Positions 52,601 to 59,534 of a DNA stretch of 64,000 nt are shown piece after piece; position 1 is the stretch's first letter; the number at the start of each line of letters is the position of its first letter. A program made the translations under genes and the position numbers. The notes under the pieces were generated by a model, which ran no database searches, was not told where the DNA came from, and saw nothing but the letters and a program-made list of their open reading frames with translations. Source of the DNA: Dendrobates tinctorius. Lineage: Eukaryota. The stretch lies in assembly GCF_039654945.1 (NCBI RefSeq), contig NW_027361840.1, positions 10,664,001-10,728,000 of the forward strand, in the 5' to 3' direction.

Positions 52601-55600
52601 CCCCCCCCCCAGTGTATATATTGGGTGCAGAGCTGAAGCTTGCTCCCTCTCGGCCACATCAGCAAATGGACTAGGGGCCGAGCGGAAGGTACCGGATACC
52701 GACCGCTGCCGCCAGAAGACAGATCATCGCTAACCTCTAGCTCACATCAGACAAGTATCATTTGTTGTTCTTCATTGACTTTGCATATTCTTTCCCCCCA
52801 TTTTAACTGTTTTCCTCCCTGCGTGGAGTATCCCTGTGTTAAGTAAAATCATTAATCCTTGCTCTGTCTCTTGTCCTTAGCTGCATCTCGCAACCTGCTC
52901 ACATATACTCAGTTATAAGCTGTCCTGAATATAAGCAGAGGCACCTAATTTCACCACAAAAAGCTGGGAAAACTTATTGACTCAAGTATAAGCCTGGTAT
53001 GCATGGCCCCCTCATCCCCATCCTGATATGCATGGCCCCCCCATCAGAAAAACATTAAAAAAACAAACCATTCTATTTACCTTCCTGGTGCTTTCTCACA
53101 GTATCCTGTTCGGGCTCCAGTAGCTGATTTATGCTTACAATCAGCGCATGGCAGTGACATCATGCACTGCTTATAAGCAAAGGACATCTGCCGTAATACT
53201 CACTGCTCTCCACTCCGAGACTATGGGTGTGTGTGGAACAGTGAATATTGATTGATCTTTAATAGCTGGCATAGTAACCTCAGCTGCTGGCTTGCTGTAG
53301 CGGCCGGGCTATCGCGTGTGACCGTTAGCAAAGGGAATATTCGCTGCTCTCCTCGCCCATGGGAGTGGAGAGCAGTGAATATTAATTCCGTTAAGTCGCA
53401 GTCACACTTCAGAGCCCAGCAGCTGCATGAAGCTGCTGCAGCTAACAGCGTGTCCACTATTAAAGAGAAATGAATATTCACTGCTTTCCACTCCCATGGG
53501 TGTGGAGAGCAGTGACTATTCATTTCTCTTAAGCAGCAGGCACAGGTGTCAGCCGTAGCAGCCGGCTCTTGCCTCCTGTGACTTGCTGCTCTGCCGCTGC
53601 CGCTCCCCCTCCCTCTTATAGTCCAAAAAATACCGTGTGACCCTCACTCAAGTATAATATGAGAGGGACTTTTTCAGCATAAAGAATGTGCTGAAAACTC
53701 TGCTTATACACGAGTATATATGGTACTTATTTTACTAGTTTTGGCGTAAGCATGTTTGGAAAGCTGAACTACAACTACATATGGACATGCTGGTGGTTTA
53801 CTGCACCCAAAGTGATGAGTATTTTAGCTTTTCCATCTACAGGAACATGATCCAACTTTTTTTTTTTTTCTTTTTCATTCTCAAATTTTGTGCAAAAAAA
53901 ACCCAAACACTTGAGGACTGTCAATGCAAAGGTCAGTGTTATACAGTGAGAAAGGTGGACATTTCTGTAAGCAGAACCATTGCAGACAGGACTCTGCTAC
54001 ACACATGTATATAGCGCAGACCCTGAATAGAGTGTGCACACGAAGTAAAGCAGAACCTAATTGGCACAATTTATTTTATCATTTCAGATCTTGAGAACAG
54101 AAATAGGAATCATCTCACTCATATGCGTGATGCAATGTTCCATGATCGGAGGAATCCTTTGTCCCCATGTCCCGGATGCGGAGCTTTTTGCAATAATCAG
54201 TGTGGAATAAACATGCACTGGGAACAAAGGCGGTTGCACCATCCTATGCCGGGGCCAACTGACGGAGCCCAGGGGCATCGATACACTTCTCCTCCCAATC
54301 CATACTATAGTGGTGGAGTCAATTCTGGTCCTTACTCAAATATCCGCCCTCCAGTCAGACATGGAGCCCCTCCAGTGAATGTTCAGGGGAATCCTGGGAT
54401 GATGCCGGTATCCTCACCATATACAGGATATCGTGGGCCTGGGGATTCTAAGTCTCCAAACTTTTTTCCCAATAAGCCAGAGCTCCCTGTGGGCAATGGC
54501 ATCCATGGAAACAACACAGCAGTCTCTTCGCCTCATGGGGCTAACCAGGGTGTGAAGTATGGAATGGTACCTGCAAACAGTAGCGGGAGTCATAGGAGGT
54601 CACAATCTATGTCTCCTCTGGCAGCTCTTGAAACCATGCCGGTGTTTGCAGCCATTAATAGTCCAGGTGCTGTTGGTGACCAGAGGAATAGACATTTACC
54701 CCAAACGGTGACCAGTAGTGATAATGGCAGAGACCGAAACCTGATCCCTTCTTATAACAACAGTCAACAACAACAACTACATTTTTCTATCCATGGTAGC
54801 AAAATTACCAGATTACATCAAGTGACTTCAGCGACTGGGCAACTGAAACCCGGGGAAGCCGCTGTAAATAAGACTGCCTTGCCATTAGATGGAGGGGACA
54901 AAGCTTCCAAACAAGCTCTTCCCTCATCCCCCACTTTTGTTGCTCAAGAAATGAAGCAGGTCATAGTAAATGAAAGTCATGCCACTAAAAGGCCTGCTTC
55001 CCAGACTGCTTCAGAAAGTGGGCTTCCTGTAAAAAGAGCCAGTCCACCAGTGATCATTGTTGACTGTGACGAAAAAAAACGCACTCCAAAGGCAAGATCT
55101 GCTGGGAATAACCAAGGTTCAGCTTGTGTTATGCCTCCAACCACTAAACCAGATCCTCCTGTGATGATTATTGGAATCCCGGCCCCTAAGAAGACTCTGA
55201 CACCTGAAACTAGAGAAAATAGGAGCCAAACACGCCAAACACCACCTATTACCATCAGTAATGTTCGGAGTGCAGGCGAGCCTGAAAAAAGGTGCCCAAC
55301 ACCACCAATCACCATCAGTAATGTTCGTGGTGCCGGAAGTCTGGAAATTAAACAAATGAGGCCCCCAACTCCACCAATTACCATCAGCAACGTTCGGAGT
55401 ACCAGCACTCCTGAAGTGAAAGATAATAAGCGCCAGACACCACCAATTACCATCACCAATATCCGAAGTTCTGGAATTTTTTTCCCTCCGTCTCCCAGAG
55501 GGCCAATAGAAGTAAAGAAGGACTCCAATCCGATCATAATAATTGATGACAAGGATGGGGAAGGAATGGCTGAACCACCACACACGTCTCCCACCAGTAG

Positions 55601-56963
55601 CTCAAATATTGAGCTTAAAACTTCTGCACCTGTGACAACTCAACCAACCAACCCCATAAATAACCGGGAACCTCCTCCTGCTGCTCTGCCTTCCTCAACC
55701 AATAAAACGATCCAAACTCAAGGTGCCCAACAGGGTGGTGCAGTTTTGGTCAATAAAGTTCAGGTGCCACAGCCCTCTCCAATTATTGTCACTGGAGGTA
55801 CAAATCTGGGCAACCAGCAATTGTCTGTCCCCGTGAATGGCAATCAAAGTATCATGTTGACTTTCCCTGTCTCGGTCGGTAGTTCAGGAATCGTGCTTGC
55901 AACACCTCTGAATATTGCAGAAAACCAGATCTCTGGCATAAAACAGAACAACAGAATGACCATTAATAAGAACACAAGACTCGTGCAAACAAATGCCATT
56001 AACACTCCAAGAACTGTCAATCCTAAATTTAGCTCTGTGGCCGTCACACCAGTAATTGGGCAAACAAATACACTTTCTGTACCTCCTGGGCAAGCAAAAC
56101 CTGTGGCCATCAATGTTAACAAAACAGGCACCATCAACAGTGCGCTCGGTGTAAAAAACTCTAACCTTCCAAAGGTTGGTGGTGCAGCCCTCAAGGCCGT
56201 TCCGGTATCTGCTGCGGGAAATCCGCCTGTGGGACAAGCTATTCCACTATTTGTAGATGCTAATTCTGGGTTAATTCTAACTGGATCCGCTGTTCCTTCC
56301 AAGGATAATGTCTCGTCCGGCCTTGGCAATGCAACTGTCGTCACCGTAAATGGGAATGTGGTTGGTGGAAAACTGGCGTTTAGCAACCTTTCTCCTGTAA
56401 ATGGACTTTACATAGGCAATAATTCCCCTGTTGCTCTGGCAGGCAATGCCAATAACTTTAATAGTAAAGGAACATTGAGCATCAACAATCCCACCATCCT
56501 CACCCTGAATGGCAACTTAGGCATTGGCAATTCGGGATCAGTTGCAGCACCAATCGCGAATATTGCTTCTGTCGGTGCAAACAGGACTTTGCAGGTGGCT
56601 GCCCCGACTGCAGCTCCTACTGTGTTGGGTAACGGTAGTCAGCAGAATACAGTGTTTATAAGAAAAATTGGCGAGCAGAGTGTGGTATCCACCCAACCCA
56701 ACAGTGAGCAGCATCCAGCAGTTGTATTGGAAAGACTGTTTAAATGCAGCAAATGTGATCAGAAGTTTAATTCCCTCGAGAACTTGACTTCCCATCAAGC
56801 TGTTCACAGACCCACGGGCGTCCCAGCCAGTGGACATGCTGGTGAATCGGCCTCCAAAAACTCTAACCAAGTACTTCCAGGAACGAGAGAGGATGATGCT
56901 CCGACTATATTGTACACTACACAGGGAGACGACGGCAGCACGGTCTACGTCGTTACAGTATAG
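9514..56963 (+). CDS. KRAB-domain protein with a single C2H2 zinc finger, 1209 aa; join(9514..9549,34429..34549,36030..36155,44606..45076,54088..56963)
   Basis: Five exons with GT-AG sites and phases 0/1/1/1; lengths 36+121+126+471+2876=3630 nt in one open frame ending TAG; KRAB-A and KRAB-B recognisable; small extra exons cannot be excluded. Confidence 0.85.
9781..12140. repeat. 71-bp VNTR (with 56-bp deletion variants) in intron 1
   Basis: Unit CCATCTATAGCATAGACCCCC[A/G]CATACAGGACCCCCAGATACAGAAACCCCCCTGTATACAGAGCTCC(TGA/CCA), >30 copies; the ORF-track periodicity of 71 nt agrees. Confidence 0.95.
12140..12960. repeat. Degenerate longer (~160 bp) units related to the 71-bp VNTR
   Basis: Recurrent CCAGTCCTCCCGACCATCTATACACCATAGTCTATAGGGATGTC...ATCAGATCCCCAGGACCCC blocks. 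Confidence 0.75.
12962..13658 (-). mobile_element. Tc1-type DNA transposon fragment (one TIR plus decayed transposase C-terminus)
   Basis: TA|CAGCTCTGGCAAAAATTAAGAGACCACTG end; ORF 13230..13490 with [12 protein letters not shown]; truncated by a Penelope-like insert. Confidence 0.8.
13659..14140 (-). mobile_element. 5'-truncated Penelope-like element (GIY-YIG C-terminus plus pLTR with degenerate hammerhead)
   Basis: Minus strand reads [23 protein letters not shown], then after a frameshift [22 protein letters not shown] (PLE endonuclease tail); followed by CTGATGAAGAGACCTGAGTAATCTCGAAAGCTGC at 13706-13740. Confidence 0.75.
14578..16211 (-). mobile_element. Tc1/mariner element, DD38E (Intruder-like), long TIRs, decayed transposase
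   Basis: Termini CAGTACAGACCAAAAGTTTG and CAAACTTTTGGTCTGTACTG, inverted repeats >200 bp; ORF 14741..15145 QQDN...SPDLNPIE with 38 residues between D and E. Confidence 0.88.
16510..16903. mobile_element. Non-autonomous palindromic MITE (Harbinger/PIF-like, AGCGAT-rich family)
   Basis: Imperfect TIRs GTCACACTTAGCGAT / ATCGCAGTGTGTAAC; near-identical body at 62809-63177 and a related element at 45155. Confidence 0.7.
17850..18077. mobile_element. Palindromic MITE relic with two inverted CTCF-like motifs
   Basis: GCCACCACTAGGGGGAGC at 17918 and GCTCCCCCTAATGGTGGC at 17985; complementary outer arms. Confidence 0.6.
18237..18910. mobile_element. Degenerate MITE hosting a younger MITE
   Basis: TAA|GGCTATGTTTACAC ... 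GTGTGAACATG imperfect TIRs. Confidence 0.5.
18512..18756. mobile_element. Young palindromic Harbinger-type MITE
   Basis: Perfect TIR GGCCTGTTTCACACTTCCGTTTTT; TTA target duplication on both sides; internal ACGGATCCGT repeats. Confidence 0.88.
19113..19427. repeat. 46-bp tandem repeat, ~7 copies
   Basis: GTGTGACCAGTATAGCCTGAAATTGTTCTCGGCAGCACAT[C/T][A/G]TCCT. Confidence 0.92.
19840..19950 (+). mobile_element. L2/SINE 3'-tail fragment
   Basis: TGTAAAGCGCCATGGAATAAATGGCGCTATATAAAT...AATAATA stem-loop tail like that of the L2 at 1336. Confidence 0.6.
20068..20737. repeat. 32-bp GC-rich VNTR, ~21 copies
   Basis: GTGTCCCCCGGGCCGCCTGTAGTGTTGCC[T/G]CC. Confidence 0.96.
21842..23829. mobile_element. 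T2/Kolobok-like MITE interrupted by a nested element
   Basis: TTAA|AGAGGCGCTCCCATCAAAGT ... ACTTTGATGGGAGGAGTGCTTCT|TTAT with complementary arms. Confidence 0.65.
21998..23628. mobile_element. Non-autonomous hAT-like element
   Basis: Termini TAGGGATCAGTGAACCC and GGGTCCGCTCATCCCTA; internal inverted segments; no 8-bp TSD recognisable. Confidence 0.55.
23893..23982 (-). mobile_element. Penelope-like pLTR relic, same family as 13659, with hammerhead stem II deleted
   Basis: CAGTGGTTGATGCCTTTTAATG...AACTGAAAAGATGGTAACACATTGCAG...TCTCTTCATCAGGC...TAATACAAAATC aligns with 13659-13762. Confidence 0.7.
24645..25265 (-). mobile_element. Non-autonomous Helitron
   Basis: Minus strand: A|TCTACTATAT 5' end; subterminal hairpin CCCGAT-GCGATAGA-ATCGGG; 3' end CTAG|T; inserted between A and T with no TSD; internal ~56-bp tandem repeat at 24878-25058. 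Confidence 0.8.
25827..27553. mobile_element. T2/Kolobok-like MITE with internal insertions
   Basis: TTAA|AGTGAACCTGTGACATCATTTCAAGCATCTAAAC ... GTTTAGATGCTTGAAATGACGTGACAGATCCCC|TTAA. Confidence 0.65.
26185..26765. repeat. ~39-bp G-rich VNTR, ~15 copies
   Basis: GGGGAGG[C/A]TGTGGGGGGGG(G)CCCAGATGCAGTGTATGT. Confidence 0.93.
28020..28163 (+). mobile_element. 144-bp retroposed insert (Penelope-like solo pLTR) with 14-bp TSD
   Basis: TTACTAATTGGACC at 28006-28019 and 28164-28177; starts with a hammerhead-like GAA-GCGC-loop-GCGC-GAAATGGCCGTT; internal AATAAA. Confidence 0.65.
28639..29540. mobile_element. Harbinger-type MITE with long central palindrome
   Basis: TAA|GGCTATGTGCACATGT ... ACGTGTGGACGCATCC|TTA; arms ~28950-29065 and ~29085-29200 are complementary; same family as 40235 and 40980. 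Confidence 0.82.
29785..30076. mobile_element. Penelope-like inverted pLTR relic with degenerate hammerhead in the spacer
   Basis: ~120-bp inverted arms (29785-29904 and ~29955-30076); minus strand 29902-29945 reads GAGACCGTGAAGGCGG-CAGTTGTAA-CCGCCGAAACGCGTAGTCT. Confidence 0.65.
30656..31085. mobile_element. Penelope-like insertion with inverted pLTRs, TSD up to 14 bp
   Basis: GAGATCTGGAGACT duplicated at 30642-30655 and 31086-31099; perfect 114-bp inverted repeat 30725-30838 / 30975-31088 containing a hammerhead core and AATAAA/ATTAAA motifs. Confidence 0.8.
30793..30856 (-). ncRNA. Type I hammerhead ribozyme motif
   Basis: AGUACA-gucucac-GUACA CUGAUGA A GGUC-AUA-GACC GAA ACG-ucuauu-UGU A UGUAC UGUACU: conserved core, 4-bp stem II, 3-bp stem III, GUA site, 5+6-bp bulged stem I; folded by eye. 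Confidence 0.72.
32590..33070. mobile_element. Degenerate palindromic MITE
   Basis: Complementary arms TTGTCAGGTTGGCAGTGTTAAA...ATGATACCTGGGGTGAAGA and TCTTCACCCCAGATATCAT...AACACTGCCAGCCTGACA. Confidence 0.6.
34429..34549 (+). CDS. KRAB gene exon 2: KRAB-A box
   Basis: Polypyrimidine tract+CAG|[40 protein letters not shown](G)|GTAAGG; classic KRAB-A exon, phase 0-1. Confidence 0.93.
34838..35253. mobile_element. Almost fully palindromic Harbinger-type MITE
   Basis: TAA|AGCTAGTTTCACACTAG ... CTAGTCTGAAACTAGCC|TAA; whole body self-complementary. Confidence 0.82.
35420..35970. mobile_element. piggyBac-like non-autonomous element end
   Basis: Ends ...CATTAAGGGG|TTAA; shares GATGTAAAG[C/T]AGACATGAG...AAATGTTATTTAT with 44420-44460; left boundary uncertain. 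Confidence 0.45.
36030..36155 (+). CDS. KRAB gene exon 3: KRAB-B box
   Basis: TTTTACAG|(G)[41 protein letters not shown]|GTGCGC; the KPD..SR.E.GEEP KRAB-B signature; phase 1-1. Confidence 0.92.
37037..38257 (+). mobile_element. Intact Tc1/mariner element, DD36E (Incomer-like), 1221 bp
   Basis: Perfect 29-bp TIR CACTCACTGGCCACTTTATTAGGTACACC; TA TSD on both sides; uninterrupted transposase. Confidence 0.95.
37185..38225 (+). CDS. Tc1-family DD36E transposase, 346 aa
   Basis: N-terminal HTH, GRK motif, [26 protein letters not shown] with 36 residues between the second D and E. Confidence 0.95.
   Translation: MGKKGDLSAFEHGMIVGARRAGLRISETADLLGFSRTTISRVYREWSEKEKKSSERQFCGRKCHVDARGQRRMGRLVRADRKATVTQIATRYNQGRQKSISERTVRRTLRQMGYSSRRPHRVPLLSAKNRKLRLQFAQAHRNWTVEDWKNVAWSDESRFLLRHSDGRVRIWRKQHESMDPSCLVSTVQAGGGGVMVWGIFSGHSLGPLVPIEHRCNATAYLSIVADHVHPFVTTMYPTSDGYFQQDNAPCHKARIISDWFLEHDNEFTVLKWPPQSPDLNPIEHLWDVVEREIRIRDVQPTNLRQLCDAIMSIWSKISEECFQHLVESLPRRIEAVLKAKGGPTPY
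40235..40940. mobile_element. Harbinger-type MITE, opposite orientation to 40980
   Basis: TAA|GGCTGAGTTCACACGT ... ACGTGTGAATGAAGCC|TAA. Confidence 0.87.
40980..41820. mobile_element. Harbinger-type MITE, same family as 28639 and 40235
   Basis: TAA|GGCTGGGTTCACACGTA ... TACGTGTGAACGAGGCC|TTA. Confidence 0.87.
41965..42575. mobile_element. Harbinger-type MITE of a different family
   Basis: TAA|GGCCGGGGTCACACT ... AGTGTGACCCCAGCC|TAA. Confidence 0.85.
43614..44250. mobile_element. Non-autonomous TA-target DNA element fragment within a piggyBac-like left end (TTAA|CCCCTTCATGAC at ~43588)
   Basis: TA|CTGTATTTTTCGGACTATAAGACGCAC terminus; complementary arm at 53460-53635; right boundary uncertain. 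Confidence 0.5.
44606..45076 (+). CDS. KRAB gene exon 4: Cys module copy 1 plus Pro/Tyr/Met-rich region
   Basis: Strong acceptor CCTTTATCTCCTTCTTTCCAG| and donor G|GTAAGT; phase 1-1; frame of ORF 44617..45105; [12 protein letters not shown] homologous to exon 5. Confidence 0.9.
45155..45503. mobile_element. MITE (AGCGAT-rich family)
   Basis: TAA|TGGCTCTGTCACAC ... GTGTAACGGGGCCT|TAA. Confidence 0.7.
46014..46439. mobile_element. Harbinger-type MITE
   Basis: TAA|GGGCAGTTTCACA ... TGTGAAACTGCCC|TAA. Confidence 0.85.
46680..52903 (+). mobile_element. Gypsy/Ty3 LTR retrotransposon, decayed
   Basis: LTRs 46680-47328 and 52205-52903 (TGT...AACCTGCTCACA); PBS TGGCGTAGTCAGCAGGAT at 47331 (tRNA-Ser-like); PPT 52189-52204; CCHC knuckle 48151-48192; protease DTG 48302; RT YLDD 49691; RNase H then integrase; many stops and frameshifts. 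Confidence 0.92.
52904..53725. mobile_element. Non-autonomous DNA element(s), left terminus clipped by the LTR
   Basis: TATACTCAGTTATAAGC ... GCTTATACACGAGTATATATGG|TA imperfect TIRs; internal inverted arms. Confidence 0.55.
54088..56963 (+). CDS. KRAB gene exon 5: Cys module copy 2, four [10 protein letters not shown] repeats, low-complexity region, one C2H2 finger
   Basis: Acceptor TTATTTTATCATTTCAG|, phase 1, in frame with the 946-aa ORF 54123..56963; [23 protein letters not shown] at 56739-56807; no TE motifs. Confidence 0.92.
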
Positions 56964-59528
56964 AGCTGCCTAAAGATGTTATATGTTGTCCTTTTAGTTT
57001 TTTGGTAGTTACAAGCCTTTTTTCTGTTGTTGTGGGTTTGGGGGGGGGGGGGGGGGGGTTCTATATGTGTAATATATATGATAGAAAATTAGATTTTCAA
57101 TGTGTTGTCTCAGATTTCAAGCTTTCCCCGACCTTCGTCTGGAACTTGTGTAGAATATCGGCATGTTCGTTGTAGGATACCTGCCTTTTTACCACTGGCT
57201 GATTAACCAGAAAGGGAAAAATTAGTTTAGAAATGTAAAATTGTAAATAGTGCACTGTACCGAAAGCAAATCGCTTTACCTATCCCCACTACAGCTTCCC
57301 AAACTTCCACACATCAAGAGGAGCTCGAGTTCCTGCTGATCTGGTCATGGACCGAACCGGGTTATGACAAAGTGCAGACACCATTAATTACTGTAATGAC
57401 AAGGAGATGGTAGCGTGAGGCTGTATTCACACTATGCAGCAGTCTTGCAAAAGATTTTCTGTTGTGCAGTCTCATGTAGCATCGCATGAACACAACTTTA
57501 AAGACGTACAAAGCATGTGTCGTGTGGACATCTGCCCACGTTTGCCATCAGTACCAGCAGCAATCCTGTGGTTAAGTCGCTGCTGTAAATGTACGTGCCA
57601 TGACCTGATGGCAGAGGAAGTAAAATCAATCGGTTTTAAGGTGCTATCAAGGACTAACAGATTCCCTGTTAACTTCACACTAGTGGGGGTGAAGTAGGTT
57701 TCTTTTTTTTGTTTTTGGCCTTGAAGCTACACGTTAGCTCCAGGTACACTGCAGCACCTTGCCCTATACATACAACTGCAGCATCTGTTCATCCTGCCCT
57801 TAAACGGGTTATCTGGTTTTCTTCCGGGCTGCAGTTTGTATATAAAAAAAAAAAAAAAGTAAAAATAAAAAAAATAATTGTTCTTTAGTCAGTCTTTCCA
57901 GGTCCAGCGTTGAGGCTCCGTCGGGGCTTCTGGTGTCTCTTAATGATCACATTGATGGTGCTGCACCCGGTAACGGAGCTTCTTGGCTCTGCACAAGTCG
58001 CGCCAAACTCGCTGGCTGCAGCGCTTGTCAACACAGACAATAACAGACACTGGGAGCAGAGACTCTGCACCCGACTTGGGGAAGGTGAAAAACGCAATTT
58101 TATTTTGTTGAAAGGTTTGTGGTTTTTTTCGGAACTAGAAAATATTGTCCATATTTAGTGTATCACTAGTCAGGAGTGTAGAACGGCCCATGTTTAGACT
58201 GGCAATGCGTCCATGGTGGCTGAAGCCCAGATTATCTGGAGAAATTTATATGTTTAAATCGCTAAATACAGCTTTTCAAAATGTGATGGAGGCTAACGAG
58301 TATTTACTGGGATTATTAAAAAGTTTTGGTGAAATTTTCCCTGCAAGTTTTTGCATTGGATGTGTTGAGAGCCAAACTCTACCTAGGACCCGGTAGGGAT
58401 TATGTACATAAAGCCATTTTACTGTAACAGTATGGAAAATGCCTATTTGAGCAAACAAGACATTCCAGTCAAAGCCAAAAGTGGGCAAGAAACAAAAGCG
58501 GGGATGCCCTGGGCCAATGACCGTGCAGGCGGCCTTCAATGGATCATGGTCTGCTGTGAGTACTCCGCAGCTGGTGGCTAGATGGGCAGAGGACTGAGCA
58601 CTCGCCTAACTCCTGACCTTCCTGCATGGAACAGAAGACGATTCGGGCACAAAGTATATCGGGAACTTGTAATGATGCAATATTTAAATAAGTATTCCTG
58701 AGATTTAGATTTACTTTCTCATTTGTTGATTGCATTTTCTTCACTGGAGAAAACCCCTAAAATCTATCTGCTCATTACGACAGGCGTGCACCCACCCATT
58801 ATAATAAAGGCTTATTACTGCAGATGAGGGTCTCCTGGGATTATAAGCTACTGAAAGAGTTGCGACAAATTGCTTTGTTTGGAAATATTTGTGGTTTTTT
58901 TTGTGTTTTTTTTTTTCTTAAACTGGAAAATGGCTCATTATCCACTGACATTGTTAGTTTTGCAATTCCTTTTTAAGTTTCTCCACTGGCATAAAAATGT
59001 GCGCAAGGCAATGAGCAGGTAGCATTCACTTGTATGGGGATTATATGTTACTTCACAGTGTGATAGGGTAGTGGGCGCTGCCATTTTTGCATTATATATA
59101 CTTCCTCAACAAGACTTTCACTGCCGGGAGCCCGAGGCAGTATCCTTCATGGTGTACACTGAACTCGCGTGTGCCCACAGCCCAAGCGTGACATTGGGTA
59201 ACCCTGAGAGATTCTGAACTAATTGCACTTGTGGCCTATATAGTAATTGGCATTCCTGACCCCAGTCTATATAAGAGCTATTGGTTTCTTGGACCAAAGC
59301 TTACAGGCTTCCCAGTAAGGTCACCACACATGGCGCCGTGCTGCCCTCATCACTGCACACCGTGATGTCATGTTCTGGTTGCTGCCAACAGTTTATCTTG
59401 TAAATATTTTGTATCAGTGTTTTGTTAACCAATGTAGTGTTATGTACCTGACCTGTCACTTCTACCTCAACATGCGGTCCCGGGGTACACAGCCTTCTGT
59501 TTTCAATTTTTCACATAACTTTGTACTC

Positions 59529-59534
59529 AATAAA
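59529..59534 (+). terminator. Probable polyadenylation signal of the KRAB gene (3' UTR ~2.6 kb)
   Basis: AATAAA preceded by several TGTA motifs and followed by a T-rich tract; an alternative AATAAA occurs at 58803. Confidence 0.6.

Noticed and set aside
54123-56963. 946-aa ORF as a stand-alone single-exon gene
   Set aside because: An in-frame splice acceptor lies at 54087, no promoter is evident nearby, and it is homologous to and phase-compatible with exon 4; better read as the last exon
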